Below are positions 1 to 8,533 of a DNA stretch of 26,434 bases, one piece after another. Both the position numbers and the translations under genes were made by a program. Location: positions 1 to 26,434 of the forward strand of contig CALVXL010000043.1 of assembly GCA_944369635.1 (NCBI GenBank). The letters run 5' to 3'. Under the pieces are notes generated by a model. It had not been told where the DNA came from, made no database searches, and worked only from the letters and a program-made list of their open reading frames with translations. The first letter of the stretch is position 1; every line of letters starts with the position of its first letter. Source of the DNA: an uncultured Clostridia bacterium (GTDB taxonomy: Bacteria > Bacillota > Clostridia > Christensenellales > Borkfalkiaceae).

Positions 1-37
1 TTGCCGAAAACGGCGAATCATTCGGGAGGTTAAGAAA

Positions 38-733
38 ATGAAGAAACAGGAAACGAGGAAAACAGGTGTTAAGGTTGAAGAATGCTCTTTGACGGCTTTA
101 ACATGGGCCAGAGAAAGCGATAGAGAAAAAGTCAGACCGAGTGTCGAGACGGTGATTACTCCGTCCAACGTCCTTATTTTAAGCGAGCTTATCGCTATGC
201 AGGCTTTAAGGTCAATCGTTCCCTATACGGGAAAGCTTTTCATTCAAATGCAAAGATCGCTTTACAAGGATATTTTCAGAAGAACGGATATCCATCATCA
301 GTTATCCGAAGGGTATGACCTTATCCAGACTGCAGCTTGCTTTTTATGCGGGTATATGGGAAAGAAAATCACAGATGAAATTATCCACAAGGGAAAGAAG
401 ATGACGATAAAGAACGCTTGTTATAACGTAATCAACAGTTATTTGTACAATATGGAGAATATGCTGAACAACCAAACATATATCCCTTACAAGATGGAAG
501 AAGAAATCCCGTGTATCGAAGAAGCGGAAAGCGAAGAGCAATTCGACAAAGCGGAAAAACTCGTAAGAAAAATGCATCTTACAAAAGGCGAGAAAGAAGT
601 GTTGAACTGCTATATGCAAAAGGCAGGACCCGTGAAAACCGCAAAGCTACTGAAAGTGAACAGGTCTACGATCTGGCGCAGAAGACAGAGTATGCAAAGA
701 AAATATCTTAAAATCGCCGGATGTTTTATCTAA
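38..733 (+). CDS. Sigma70 region-4/LuxR-type helix-turn-helix protein (ECF-sigma-like regulator of a mobile element), 231 aa
   Basis: RBS GGAGGT lies upstream of ATG 38. The C-terminus LTKGEKEVLNCYMQKAGPVKTAKLLKVNRSTIWRRRQSMQRK is HTH-like. The central DLIQTAACFL...ACYNVINSYL loosely resembles sigma region 2. Confidence 0.65.
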   Translation: MKKQETRKTGVKVEECSLTALTWARESDREKVRPSVETVITPSNVLILSELIAMQALRSIVPYTGKLFIQMQRSLYKDIFRRTDIHHQLSEGYDLIQTAACFLCGYMGKKITDEIIHKGKKMTIKNACYNVINSYLYNMENMLNNQTYIPYKMEEEIPCIEEAESEEQFDKAEKLVRKMHLTKGEKEVLNCYMQKAGPVKTAKLLKVNRSTIWRRRQSMQRKYLKIAGCFI

Positions 734-759
734 AAAACTTTATAAAATAAAAAAGATTT

Positions 760-788
760 TCAAAGTCGACAAAAATTGTCGACTTTGA
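760..788. terminator. Perfect 13-bp inverted repeat (terminator or operator) after the HTH gene
   Basis: tcaaagtcgacaa-aaa-ttgtcgactttga, 27 bp after the stop at 733, followed by a T-rich tract (gagttttat). Confidence 0.6.
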
Positions 789-1045
789 GTTTTATAGTGC
801 ATTTGACGATGAGACGTGTGCTTGTCTTTGATACAAGAACGCGCGTGCGCGTGTATGCGCGAGGATATTCTGAAATCTTTGTAATCGAAAGAAATGAAAA
901 AGGGCTTGCAGAAAAATTTTTTTAAGTTTTAAACTTTTTTTGCTCTAGACCGTGGACATCTGCTTAAAAGTGTACTTGAGATAGTGAAAGGAACTTTTTC
1001 ATATCATCTGCAAGTACCCTTAAAATGGCTGTAAAACCTACTTTA

Positions 1046-1111
1046 GTATCCCTAAAGTATACCTTTGGTTACTCAAAAGTAGCTCATTTGTATCCCCTAG
1101 GTGTCTTCCAT
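1046..1111 (+). repeat. Six degenerate tandem 11-bp repeats
   Basis: gtatccctaaa / gtatacctttg / gttactcaaaa / gtagctcattt / gtatcccctag / gtgtcttccat start at 1046, 1057, 1068, 1079, 1090 and 1101. A related unit gtacccttaaa is at 1014. Confidence 0.75.
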
Positions 1112-1162
1112 TTTAAAATTTGATGTGGTATAGTAGATACGTAAAAGCAAACAAATGTTTGC
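1106..1162 (+). promoter_or_regulatory. Putative sigmaA promoter with a palindromic operator just downstream
   Basis: TTCCAT(1106)-17 bp-TATAGT(1129) with an extended -10 TG at 1126. Inverted repeat gcaaaca-aa-tgtttgc at 1147-1162. Confidence 0.5.
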
Positions 1163-1420
1163 AACGTGTGGTGATTGCGCATTTAGTTGAATAAACTTTC
1201 CAGAAGAAAAACTGTCATGTTCAAAAGCACAGCTTCAAAAACTTATACACTAAAGACAGCGTTTCGGGAACGATGTTTCAGAGATAAGAAATATAAAGGA
1301 TAACAATTTATTATCTAAATGAACAATAATATTTCGGAAGGACGTACAGAAAATATTCGACTATTCTTTAATACGCAAAGAACTTGCGTATTGCGATCAT
1401 ATCCTATTTTTCAATAAAAC

Positions 1421-1449
1421 TTGTGTTTTTCGTGAGTGTGTGATATAAT
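1421..1449 (+). promoter_or_regulatory. SigmaA promoter of the integrase
   Basis: TTGTGT(1421)-17 bp-TATAAT(1444) with extended TGn, then RBS GGGAGG at 1466-1471. Confidence 0.7.
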
Positions 1450-1474
1450 TCTGCTATCACGAAACGGGAGGTAT

Positions 1475-2755
1475 ATGCAACAAAAGCAATTGACTGACCT
1501 GTTACAGTTTATTAAGAACACAAACAACGACCAAATCGATCTCGCAGCGATGATTCTCAAACTCGCTGCCGACTCCATCACTTTGGAAACGCTAAGGTCG
1601 TTGGCTGGTTCTGAAAAAGTTTTATCCGCTGTATCAGGCAAAAAGGAGAACGAAGTATCGGAAGAAGAAAAGACCGGCACACTATCTTTTACAAAAAAGG
1701 AGTTGGAATCTATGCCGAAATCTTTTCAAAAAACTTTTATTTATGACAACAGAATCGTAAAGTTCCGCTATTATAGGGGGCTTTTTCAGGCTCGTTACCG
1801 CAGAAATGGGTATAATATAGAAGTTGCATCCAAAGACTTCGATACGATGAAAAAGAAATTCATTGAGAAGTTGATAGGTCAGGCGGAGGTACAGGACATA
1901 CCCGTATCCGCCCCGCAGCGTCGGACTGCGAAGAATGTTCTTTTTGCGGAGTATGCCCAAGAATGGCTCAAGCTCAAAGAGCAGACGACTAAGCCTTCTA
2001 CATTTAAAGAATATTCTTGTATGTTTGCCGTCGATCTTCGACCGACTTTCGGGCATCTGTATCTTACGGAGATTAATCGACCGCTTGTGCAACAATACTT
2101 GTTTAAGTTTGTAGAGGCGGAGAAATACAGGACCGCGGAGAAACTAAAACTCATGCTGAACTGTATTTTCGATATGGCTGTGGAGGACTTCAATTTAGCT
2201 TCCCCGATGAAGAAGATCGTCTTGCCTTACCATGAGAGTAAGAAAGGTAGCGCGCTGAAGAAAGAAGAGGAAAAGAAGCTTGTGGAATATTGCCGTAACA
2301 GGAAAGACGATGTTGCTTCAGCCTTGCTGGTCTTGCTGTATTTCGGGCTTAGGCAAAGCGAATTATCGTCGTTAAAGATTATTGACGGCAACACGCTCGA
2401 ATGTGAAACGAGCAAAGAACGTATGGGCAGAAACGTTACTCTGCGATACATACCTTTTACGCCTATTTTTAAAAAGGTGCAAGACTTTGTCGATTTTGAA
2501 AAAGCCAGAACCGTAAACATTTACAAGTTGCGTTCCGCGTTTAAAAGACTTTTTCCCCAGCATCATCCGCACGAACTCAGATATACATTTATTACGCGGT
2601 GCAAGGAATGTGGCGTAAACCCTGAACTCGTTATGCTTTGGGACGGACACTCGGGGGATAAAGACGTTAAAACATCCGCTGTGGACAGAGGATATACCGA
2701 CTATTCAAAGGAATATATTCTATCCGAAGCGGAAAAAGTGAACTACGATTTGTAA
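1475..2755 (+). CDS. int: Tyrosine recombinase/integrase, 426 aa (start moved from 1436 to ATG 1475)
   Basis: Catalytic motifs YFGLRQSEL (R), HELR (HxxR), LWDGH and RGY (Tyr). It has a SAM-like core-binding region (FAEYAQEWL...TTKPSTFKEY). RBS GGGAGG precedes ATG 1475. Confidence 0.93.
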   Translation: MQQKQLTDLLQFIKNTNNDQIDLAAMILKLAADSITLETLRSLAGSEKVLSAVSGKKENEVSEEEKTGTLSFTKKELESMPKSFQKTFIYDNRIVKFRYYRGLFQARYRRNGYNIEVASKDFDTMKKKFIEKLIGQAEVQDIPVSAPQRRTAKNVLFAEYAQEWLKLKEQTTKPSTFKEYSCMFAVDLRPTFGHLYLTEINRPLVQQYLFKFVEAEKYRTAEKLKLMLNCIFDMAVEDFNLASPMKKIVLPYHESKKGSALKKEEEKKLVEYCRNRKDDVASALLVLLYFGLRQSELSSLKIIDGNTLECETSKERMGRNVTLRYIPFTPIFKKVQDFVDFEKARTVNIYKLRSAFKRLFPQHHPHELRYTFITRCKECGVNPELVMLWDGHSGDKDVKTSAVDRGYTDYSKEYILSEAEKVNYDL

Positions 2756-2878
2756 AGAAAAAAGATCGTCATAAAAACGGTCTTGAAAAACAAAAATTTA
2801 CTTCCCAAAAATTTCCCAATTTGCTCCCCGCTTACCCGAAGAGCCGGTTCAGAAGTATTCAGGATTTAATGAATACAA

Positions 2879-2922
2879 TAAAAAAAGGCCTTAAAAGTAC
2901 CGATTTTCGATTCTTTTAAGAC
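2879..2922 (-). terminator. Rho-independent terminator downstream of tRNA-Gln
   Basis: Minus strand reads GTCTTAAAAG-aatcgaaaatcggta-CTTTTAAGGC followed by C and a T8 run. Confidence 0.7.
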
Positions 2923-2928
2923 AAAAAC

Positions 2929-3003
2929 TGGCAGGGGTGGCTGGATTCGAACCAACGAATGACGGAGTCAGAGTCCGTGGCCTTACCGCTTGGCGACACC
3001 CCT
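2929..3003 (-). tRNA. tRNA-Gln(CTG), 75 nt with encoded CCA
   Basis: Reverse complement is AGGGGTG TC GCCAAGCGGTAAGGC C ACGGA CT-CTG-AC TCCGT CATTC GTTGG TTCGAAT CCAGC CACCCCT G CCA, giving a full cloverleaf. Confidence 0.97.
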
Positions 3004-3021
3004 ATTCGATTTACTTTTAAT

Positions 3022-3050
3022 ATTCTATCAATTTCGTCCGCAAATGTAAA
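3022..3050 (-). promoter_or_regulatory. SigmaA promoter of tRNA-Gln
   Basis: Minus strand TTTACA-17 bp-TAGAAT with extended TGn. Confidence 0.7.
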
Positions 3051-3117
3051 GCGTTTGAGAGAAAAACTTTTAAATTTTGCAATGAAAAATTTTTTTGCCG
3101 ATATTTTTTCGTTGCCG

Positions 3118-3146
3118 TTGATTTTTTACGAAAAAAATATTATAAT
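3118..3146 (+). promoter_or_regulatory. SigmaA promoter of the DJ-1 gene
   Basis: TTGATT(3118)-17 bp-TATAAT(3141). Confidence 0.7.
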
Positions 3147-3208
3147 TTTATCAAACGGAAAACCGTTTGAAACAAGATTAAATCGTTTCTGAAAAAGGAG
3201 ATAGAAAA

Positions 3209-3733
3209 ATGCTGAAAGTAGCGGTTATCTTTGCCGACGGCACAGAAGAGATAGAAGCCATTACCCCGGCGGACGTCTTAAAAAGAGCGGGGATCGGGTG
3301 CGACATCGTTTCGGTCAGCGGGAACTACCCCACCGGTTCGCACAACATTACCGTAAAGGCGGATTGCCTTGCCGAAAATTTCGATATGCGCGATTATGAC
3401 GGAATCGTTATTCCCGGAGGAATGCCCGGCGCGGTGAATATTTCGGAAAACAAAAAGGTAATCGAAGCGTTAAAATACGCGTTTGAAAACGGCAAACTCG
3501 TGGCATCGATCTGCGCATCCCCCGCCGTAGTCCTCGCGAAAAACGGATTTATAAAAGGAAAGAGGGCGACGTGCTACCCCGCGTCAAACTTTCTGTCGCT
3601 CATGAAAGACACGCAGTACACCGCAGAAGACGTTACAATCGATTCTTCGTTAATCACCGCAAACGGGCCGCGCGCGGCGATGAAATTCGCAACGGCCATA
3701 TGCGAATATTTCCGTCTGTCCCCGAAATTCTGA
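3209..3733 (+). CDS. DJ-1/YajL/PfpI family protein (glyoxalase/deglycase-like), 174 aa
   Basis: Motifs ADGTEEIEA (conserved Glu), IVIPGGMPGA, ASICASP (catalytic Cys) and ITANGP. RBS AAGGAG. Confidence 0.93.
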   Translation: MLKVAVIFADGTEEIEAITPADVLKRAGIGCDIVSVSGNYPTGSHNITVKADCLAENFDMRDYDGIVIPGGMPGAVNISENKKVIEALKYAFENGKLVASICASPAVVLAKNGFIKGKRATCYPASNFLSLMKDTQYTAEDVTIDSSLITANGPRAAMKFATAICEYFRLSPKF

Positions 3734-3754
3734 GCGATTTCCTTATAACGGCTG

Positions 3755-3789
3755 AAAAAGGCAAAGATTGATGCAATCTTTGCCTTTTT
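3755..3789. terminator. Bidirectional rho-independent terminator
   Basis: aaaaaggcaaagattg-atg-caatctttgccttttt, a perfect 16-bp stem including A/T tails, between convergent genes. Confidence 0.9.
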
Positions 3790-3897
3790 TTATTAAACGT
3801 CATTTCTTAACGGTTTTAAATCCGTCCGCCTTGCGGTTGAATAAGCGCCCCGAAGTAAATTCTTTTGGGCAAAAACCAAACCGCATAGGAGGCAACG

Positions 3898-5970
3898 TCA
3901 ACCTTCCCATGCAAGTATCGGCAAAGAGCCGCCGCCCAAAATCCATACGGTTTCGACAAAACCATTTTCGTAAGAAAGTTCTTTAATATCCTCCGAAGAT
4001 TTCGCAGCAATGCCGTCTCCGCGCCCCGTATCGGCGTTTCCGATGCGGTCTATGGGTGCGAGGGTATTATCGTACAAGCAGTTTTCGTAAACCGTTGCAT
4101 ACGTTCCGCCCACGGTCACGCCGACAAAGCCGCCGACTTTGATTTTCTCGCCGCTCTGCGCCGCGACACTCATCATGGATATACACCGAACGACTTTATT
4201 GTTATAACCTTCCATGCGCCCGATGAAGCCGCCTACGTGCGCGAGAGATTCGTTTTCGTTCGTCAACGAACCACTTGCATAACAGTCTTCCACCCTGCCC
4301 GTTCCCATGTAGCCGACAAATCCGCCACTGTAAGAAACGCTCGTCGTAACGGTGACGTCCGCCTTGCTCTGCTTTATCGTAAGGAAGTTATCCGTAAGCT
4401 GTCCGACAAAACCGCCGCAGAACACCGCTTCTCCTCCCGTGGCGGAAATAACCGCTTCCGCCGAGCAATACTTCCATTCGGAAGCGCGCACGGGATTATA
4501 AGTTTTTCCGACGAGTCCGCCGACCGTACAATCACTTGTTTCCAACGTACCGACAAAGGAAACCGAGGTCATATTCGCATAGGCAACCACCCCGATGACG
4601 CCGCCGACATACGCCGTGCCGTTATTCGATTGCACGACCGCGTCCGCATTGATTTTACAGTTTTCGATCTGCGCACCGCTTGCCGTGCAAGCCAGCACGC
4701 CGAACGCCCCGCCGTTTTCCGTCAGAGTGATATTGACGTCCGCCTCCACGGTGAGATTTTTAATCTTTGCGCCGACGAGAGAACCGAGCACCGCCGCCTT
4801 TACGTTTTTCAACGCAAATCCGTTTCCGTCAAGCGAGCCTTCGAACAGCGCAAAGCTCGCCGCCGCGCTCATATCGATATCCTGCGTCAGTTTATAATGC
4901 CCCGTCGGCTCCATGGCGGCGAATTCCTCCGCCGAAGCGACGGTTTTCGGATTCGCTTCCGAAAACTGCCCGACGCCGAACTTTTCGCTCAGAATTGACG
5001 AATCGAACAGAGTCGAATTGGCGCGCACCTGTAATTCGGAAACATCCGCGTCGAATAACGCCTGCGGAATTTCGTAACGGTTTTCCGTAACCGAAGCGAC
5101 CTCTTCCCCGTTATTGAACACAGTGTAGCCCGTTGCGCCCGTCACGGCGTCCCAGACGAGCGTTTTATCCTCCAGGCGAAGATTGGTCGGCGCAGACAGC
5201 GTTTCCTTTGCAAGATAGACGGAAACTTCCTCGCTGCGCGTCGAATCGAGATATTCTTCGCCGTCCGAAACGGCTTTGACGGACACCGAAATTTCACCGA
5301 CGTACAGATAGCGGAAGTCATATTCCGTAGAGGCGGTTTCGACAATCTTTTCCCCGTTTACGTAAACTTCGTACACGGAAGCGTTCTCCACCGCATTCCA
5401 GCTTACCGCCGTGCCGCTTACCGTTACCGCGGGGGTCGCGAGCGCATATTTCAGCACCAGCGTTTCGCTGTATGCAGAAGAAAGCAACGTCCCCTCGAGA
5501 TTGCCTTTCGCGAGCACCTTGACTTCCGTGCGCTCGGTTGCGGCGTAATCATAATACGTTTCCGAAACGGGATACTGTACCCCGTTGACGTTGACGATAT
5601 ATCCCTGCGCAAACGGGACTTCGTCCCAATTGATCCTGTTCCCGTCCTGCGCGACGTTCTGCGGAACGCCGAGCTGCCAGGTAACGGTCTTGCGCAGCGT
5701 TTCGGAATATTCGCTTTCCTTTTCTCCCGACACCGCTTTCACGCGCATATCGAGAACGCCGTAAACGCCGTCTGCAAGCGTGTAACTGTTTTCTGCCGTT
5801 TCGTATTCCGTGCCGTTGATATCCACGATGTAACCGCTCGCTTTGGCAACTTCGTCCCAAGTGAGCGTGCGTTCTTCAAACGCGAGGTTTGTCGGCGCGC
5901 CGAATTTTCCGCAGGCGGCCAGAAAGCACGCCGCCGCCAGAACGAAAATTAAAAAAAGATATTTTTTCAT
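3898..5970 (-). CDS. Lipoprotein with 4 Fn3-like repeats and a C-terminal GLUG-repeat domain, 690 aa (start moved to ATG 5970)
   Basis: RBS AGGAG, MKKYLF... signal and lipobox LAA-C. Four (P..)xxxWxxVxxAxxYxVxxNG repeats. GLUG-type repeats GGVIG, VGGLVG, CGGFVG, SGGFVG, VGGFIG and VGGFVG. Confidence 0.8.
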   Translation of the reverse strand: MKKYLFLIFVLAAACFLAACGKFGAPTNLAFEERTLTWDEVAKASGYIVDINGTEYETAENSYTLADGVYGVLDMRVKAVSGEKESEYSETLRKTVTWQLGVPQNVAQDGNRINWDEVPFAQGYIVNVNGVQYPVSETYYDYAATERTEVKVLAKGNLEGTLLSSAYSETLVLKYALATPAVTVSGTAVSWNAVENASVYEVYVNGEKIVETASTEYDFRYLYVGEISVSVKAVSDGEEYLDSTRSEEVSVYLAKETLSAPTNLRLEDKTLVWDAVTGATGYTVFNNGEEVASVTENRYEIPQALFDADVSELQVRANSTLFDSSILSEKFGVGQFSEANPKTVASAEEFAAMEPTGHYKLTQDIDMSAAASFALFEGSLDGNGFALKNVKAAVLGSLVGAKIKNLTVEADVNITLTENGGAFGVLACTASGAQIENCKINADAVVQSNNGTAYVGGVIGVVAYANMTSVSFVGTLETSDCTVGGLVGKTYNPVRASEWKYCSAEAVISATGGEAVFCGGFVGQLTDNFLTIKQSKADVTVTTSVSYSGGFVGYMGTGRVEDCYASGSLTNENESLAHVGGFIGRMEGYNNKVVRCISMMSVAAQSGEKIKVGGFVGVTVGGTYATVYENCLYDNTLAPIDRIGNADTGRGDGIAAKSSEDIKELSYENGFVETVWILGGGSLPILAWEG

Positions 5971-5980
5971 TTGAAATCTC

Positions 5981-8524
5981 CTATTCGGCAACATGTTCGA
6001 CAATGCCGTTGACGACGGTATAATACGACGCCCTGTTCAGCATTTCGGCGGTGGTGCCGTCCGCTAAATACGTCTCCACGTAATATTCTTGAGGCAGATT
6101 TTCGATCTGGGAAAGATCGATTTCCACGCTGACGAGCTGACCGTTGGAATATACTCCCTCGGGCAGGTGCGAAAAATGCTGCACCGTATAGGGAACGCTC
6201 ACGGTCTTGAGTAAATTTCCGTTTGTATCGTAAACTTTTGCGACCATATCGATATCCCACGCCGTCCTATCGTCGCCGTACTTCTTGTTGAGCGCGTAGG
6301 TCGAAGCGGTAAGTACCGTTCCGTCGAGGGAATATTCCGCCGCCCCCGCGCCGAAGTCCGCCCGCGCCGTCGCCAGCCCGACGTACATATCGCCCGAACC
6401 GTAGTAAAGATACCAGGTGTTGTCCACGCGCAGCATGGTATCGGCGAACATACATTTATTGAACAGACCGTAATCGTACTTGTTCGTATCCGTAGGATAG
6501 AGCGTGGGCTCGTCAAGATCGTCGGTGATGTTGGTGAGCTCAAACGGGTTAGATTTGGTGGTTTTAAGCACGCCCAGCGCATAGAACCAGCCGTTGACGT
6601 TGGGCTGCTGATATTGGATGTTTCCGTCGGAAAGAGTGCCGCCGCCGTACATGAGATAGATGTTTTCGTCGTCTTCCCCATACAGATTTGTCAGCGCCAT
6701 GCAGGACTCATTGCCTTTGGTGAGCGCTTCAATGCTGTTGGCCCCGAACCCGGAAGTATCGATGTCTACGATGTCCTCCGCCTCAATACGCGTGACGTCC
6801 GTCGTGAATCCGATGCGGGTATAGCCGCCGTCCTTCATATAGATGATGTAGACCTGACCCGTCTTTCCGGGACGCGGATCGTTGATTTTGACGGCGTTGC
6901 CTTCGGGATCGGTTACAAACGTGCCCGACTTATATGCTCCGCCGTAATCGGGCGCGAGCCTGCCCACCTTAGTAAACGTTTTGAAATCAAAGGTGTAAAT
7001 CATCCCCTCGCGCGTTACGGAGTTATCGTACATAGTGTAAGTAATATAATACGTCGTCCTTCCGCCGCGGTTGGGATCGTTTTCGATTTTGAAAATTCTC
7101 GGATCTTCCAGCCCGCCGCCCGCTTCGTCCGCCGAAGTCGGCCAGGCGATGGGGTTATTTTCTCCGCGGATATAATTGACTCCGTCGTAAGAATACGCAT
7201 ACGAAAGGGTTGACATGTGTCCGAGCTCATATTTGGGTCTGCCGTCTCCCATAAAATAATAGCGGAAGTTATCGGGAAGTTCCGTCCTGTAAATCATATG
7301 GAACATTCCGTTTTCCTCGTCGTAGATGACGGCGGGGTTATACGTTGCGTAGGATTCGAAACCGGGGATATCGCCGTCGGCGATGCTCGCCATGTCGGTA
7401 ACGACGCCGTCCGCCTCGATAGGATAGCCGATGGGCGCGAGGATCAGCCCCGTTTCGTTTGCCGTGATATTGCTCATCGCCGTCCAAGCGGGAGAATTTT
7501 TGGAAAATTCCATCACGCTTCCGAGCGGCACGCTTTCAATGCTTGCCCAATCGTAAAGTTCGAAGGAATAGAACGAGAACGTGGACTCCCACGGCAGTCT
7601 TCCGGTCTTTTTGATTTCCTCCATCGTTTCGCGCTGAATGAGCTCGATTTTGATGTAACGCGCGGTGGTCTTTTCGGAAAGCGTCCAGCTTTCCACTTCG
7701 CCGAGCCCCGCGTCGGTGGAGAAAATTTCCTTCCAGCTCGCGTCATCCCGGGACGGAGCGCTCGAGCCGCTCGCCGCGTAAATCGCATAGCGGCGGGCAA
7801 AGGAAACTTCCCAGCGGATTTTCACGGTATCGAAAGTCTTATCCTCGCCCAGATCGATGATAACGTACTGATTGTCTTCCTGCGCGGACGCCCAACGGGT
7901 GTTCGCGACGTTATCGACGATATTTTCCTTCTTATGCACGTCAGCCGCTTCGTAGCTGGAAACTTCCAGCACTTCCACGCCCTCGCCCGTGGCGAGGTTT
8001 TTCGGCCCGTACACTTCAAAACTGTAGAAGGAATAACCGTAATCGGTAGCGCGGCTCACGCCCTGAAACCTGACGAATCGGGTAGTGAGGTAATACGGAA
8101 AGGTGATGACGTCCTTCGACTGTGCGTCCTTTTGAACCACCGCGACGTCCGTCCAGGTGATCGCGTCCATGGAAAGCTGCAATTTATATTCCGAAGCGTA
8201 AGCGGCTTCCCAGTCGATGACGATCTTATTGATCTTTTCGGTATTGCCGAGATCCACGTAAAAATACGCGTCGTCTTCCCCTCTGGAAGCATAACGGGTA
8301 TCGGGATTTGCGTCCACGGCATAAGTATTGAGAACATCCCCGCTTTCGGCTTCCGTGGAAGATACCCGCCTTCCGTAAGCCAGATCTACGCCGTATTCCG
8401 TTTCCGCGCCCCGTGCCGTTTCCGTTTTCAGCCCGCCCGCCGAAAGGGCGAACGTCATGCCGAGCGCTAAAAACAGCAGAGCGCAAAGAATTCTGATCGT
8501 TTTGCTTTTGGTTTTCGATAACAT
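5981..8524 (-). CDS. Secreted GH130-family beta-mannoside-active enzyme with two N-terminal CBM32 (F5/8 type C) modules, 847 aa
   Basis: Signal peptide. Two discoidin modules (AVDANPDTRYAS..YFYVDLG..IDWE..YASEY; IVDNVANTRWAS..IIDLG..IRWE..FARRY). GH130 motifs YNPAVI..YR, GLEDPRI, YYITYT and WYLYYGSGD. Confidence 0.85.
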   Translation of the reverse strand: MLSKTKSKTIRILCALLFLALGMTFALSAGGLKTETARGAETEYGVDLAYGRRVSSTEAESGDVLNTYAVDANPDTRYASRGEDDAYFYVDLGNTEKINKIVIDWEAAYASEYKLQLSMDAITWTDVAVVQKDAQSKDVITFPYYLTTRFVRFQGVSRATDYGYSFYSFEVYGPKNLATGEGVEVLEVSSYEAADVHKKENIVDNVANTRWASAQEDNQYVIIDLGEDKTFDTVKIRWEVSFARRYAIYAASGSSAPSRDDASWKEIFSTDAGLGEVESWTLSEKTTARYIKIELIQRETMEEIKKTGRLPWESTFSFYSFELYDWASIESVPLGSVMEFSKNSPAWTAMSNITANETGLILAPIGYPIEADGVVTDMASIADGDIPGFESYATYNPAVIYDEENGMFHMIYRTELPDNFRYYFMGDGRPKYELGHMSTLSYAYSYDGVNYIRGENNPIAWPTSADEAGGGLEDPRIFKIENDPNRGGRTTYYITYTMYDNSVTREGMIYTFDFKTFTKVGRLAPDYGGAYKSGTFVTDPEGNAVKINDPRPGKTGQVYIIYMKDGGYTRIGFTTDVTRIEAEDIVDIDTSGFGANSIEALTKGNESCMALTNLYGEDDENIYLMYGGGTLSDGNIQYQQPNVNGWFYALGVLKTTKSNPFELTNITDDLDEPTLYPTDTNKYDYGLFNKCMFADTMLRVDNTWYLYYGSGDMYVGLATARADFGAGAAEYSLDGTVLTASTYALNKKYGDDRTAWDIDMVAKVYDTNGNLLKTVSVPYTVQHFSHLPEGVYSNGQLVSVEIDLSQIENLPQEYYVETYLADGTTAEMLNRASYYTVVNGIVEHVAE

Positions 8525-8533
8525 TGTAAACTC

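Larger units (their letters stand above)
1..2928. mobile_element. Terminal part of an integrative element (IME/ICE/prophage-like island) inserted at the 3' end of tRNA-Gln; the other end lies left of the window
   Basis: The tyrosine integrase ends 173 bp from the CCA end of tRNA-Gln and is transcribed toward it. A sigma/HTH regulator lies upstream, and the sequence is visibly AT-richer than 3900-24300. The second att copy is not in the window. Confidence 0.7.

Noticed and set aside
1046-1111. CRISPR-like or coding repeat interpretation of the 11-bp array
   Set aside because: The units are too short and degenerate, there are no spacers or cas genes, and no ORF spans it.
1268-1279. Second SOS-box-like GAAC-GATG-TTTC
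   Set aside because: It has a mismatch in the core, wrong flanks and no link to a promoter.
1155-1417. Short ORFs MFATCGDCAFS, MFKSTASK...(28 aa) and MNNNISEG...(32 aa) as an excisionase or leader peptides
   Set aside because: None has a properly spaced RBS or an HTH/Xis-like sequence.
2959-3192. 77-aa ORF MTESESVALPLGDTP...
   Set aside because: It is the antisense reading of tRNA-Gln plus its promoter region, a well-known spurious ORF type.
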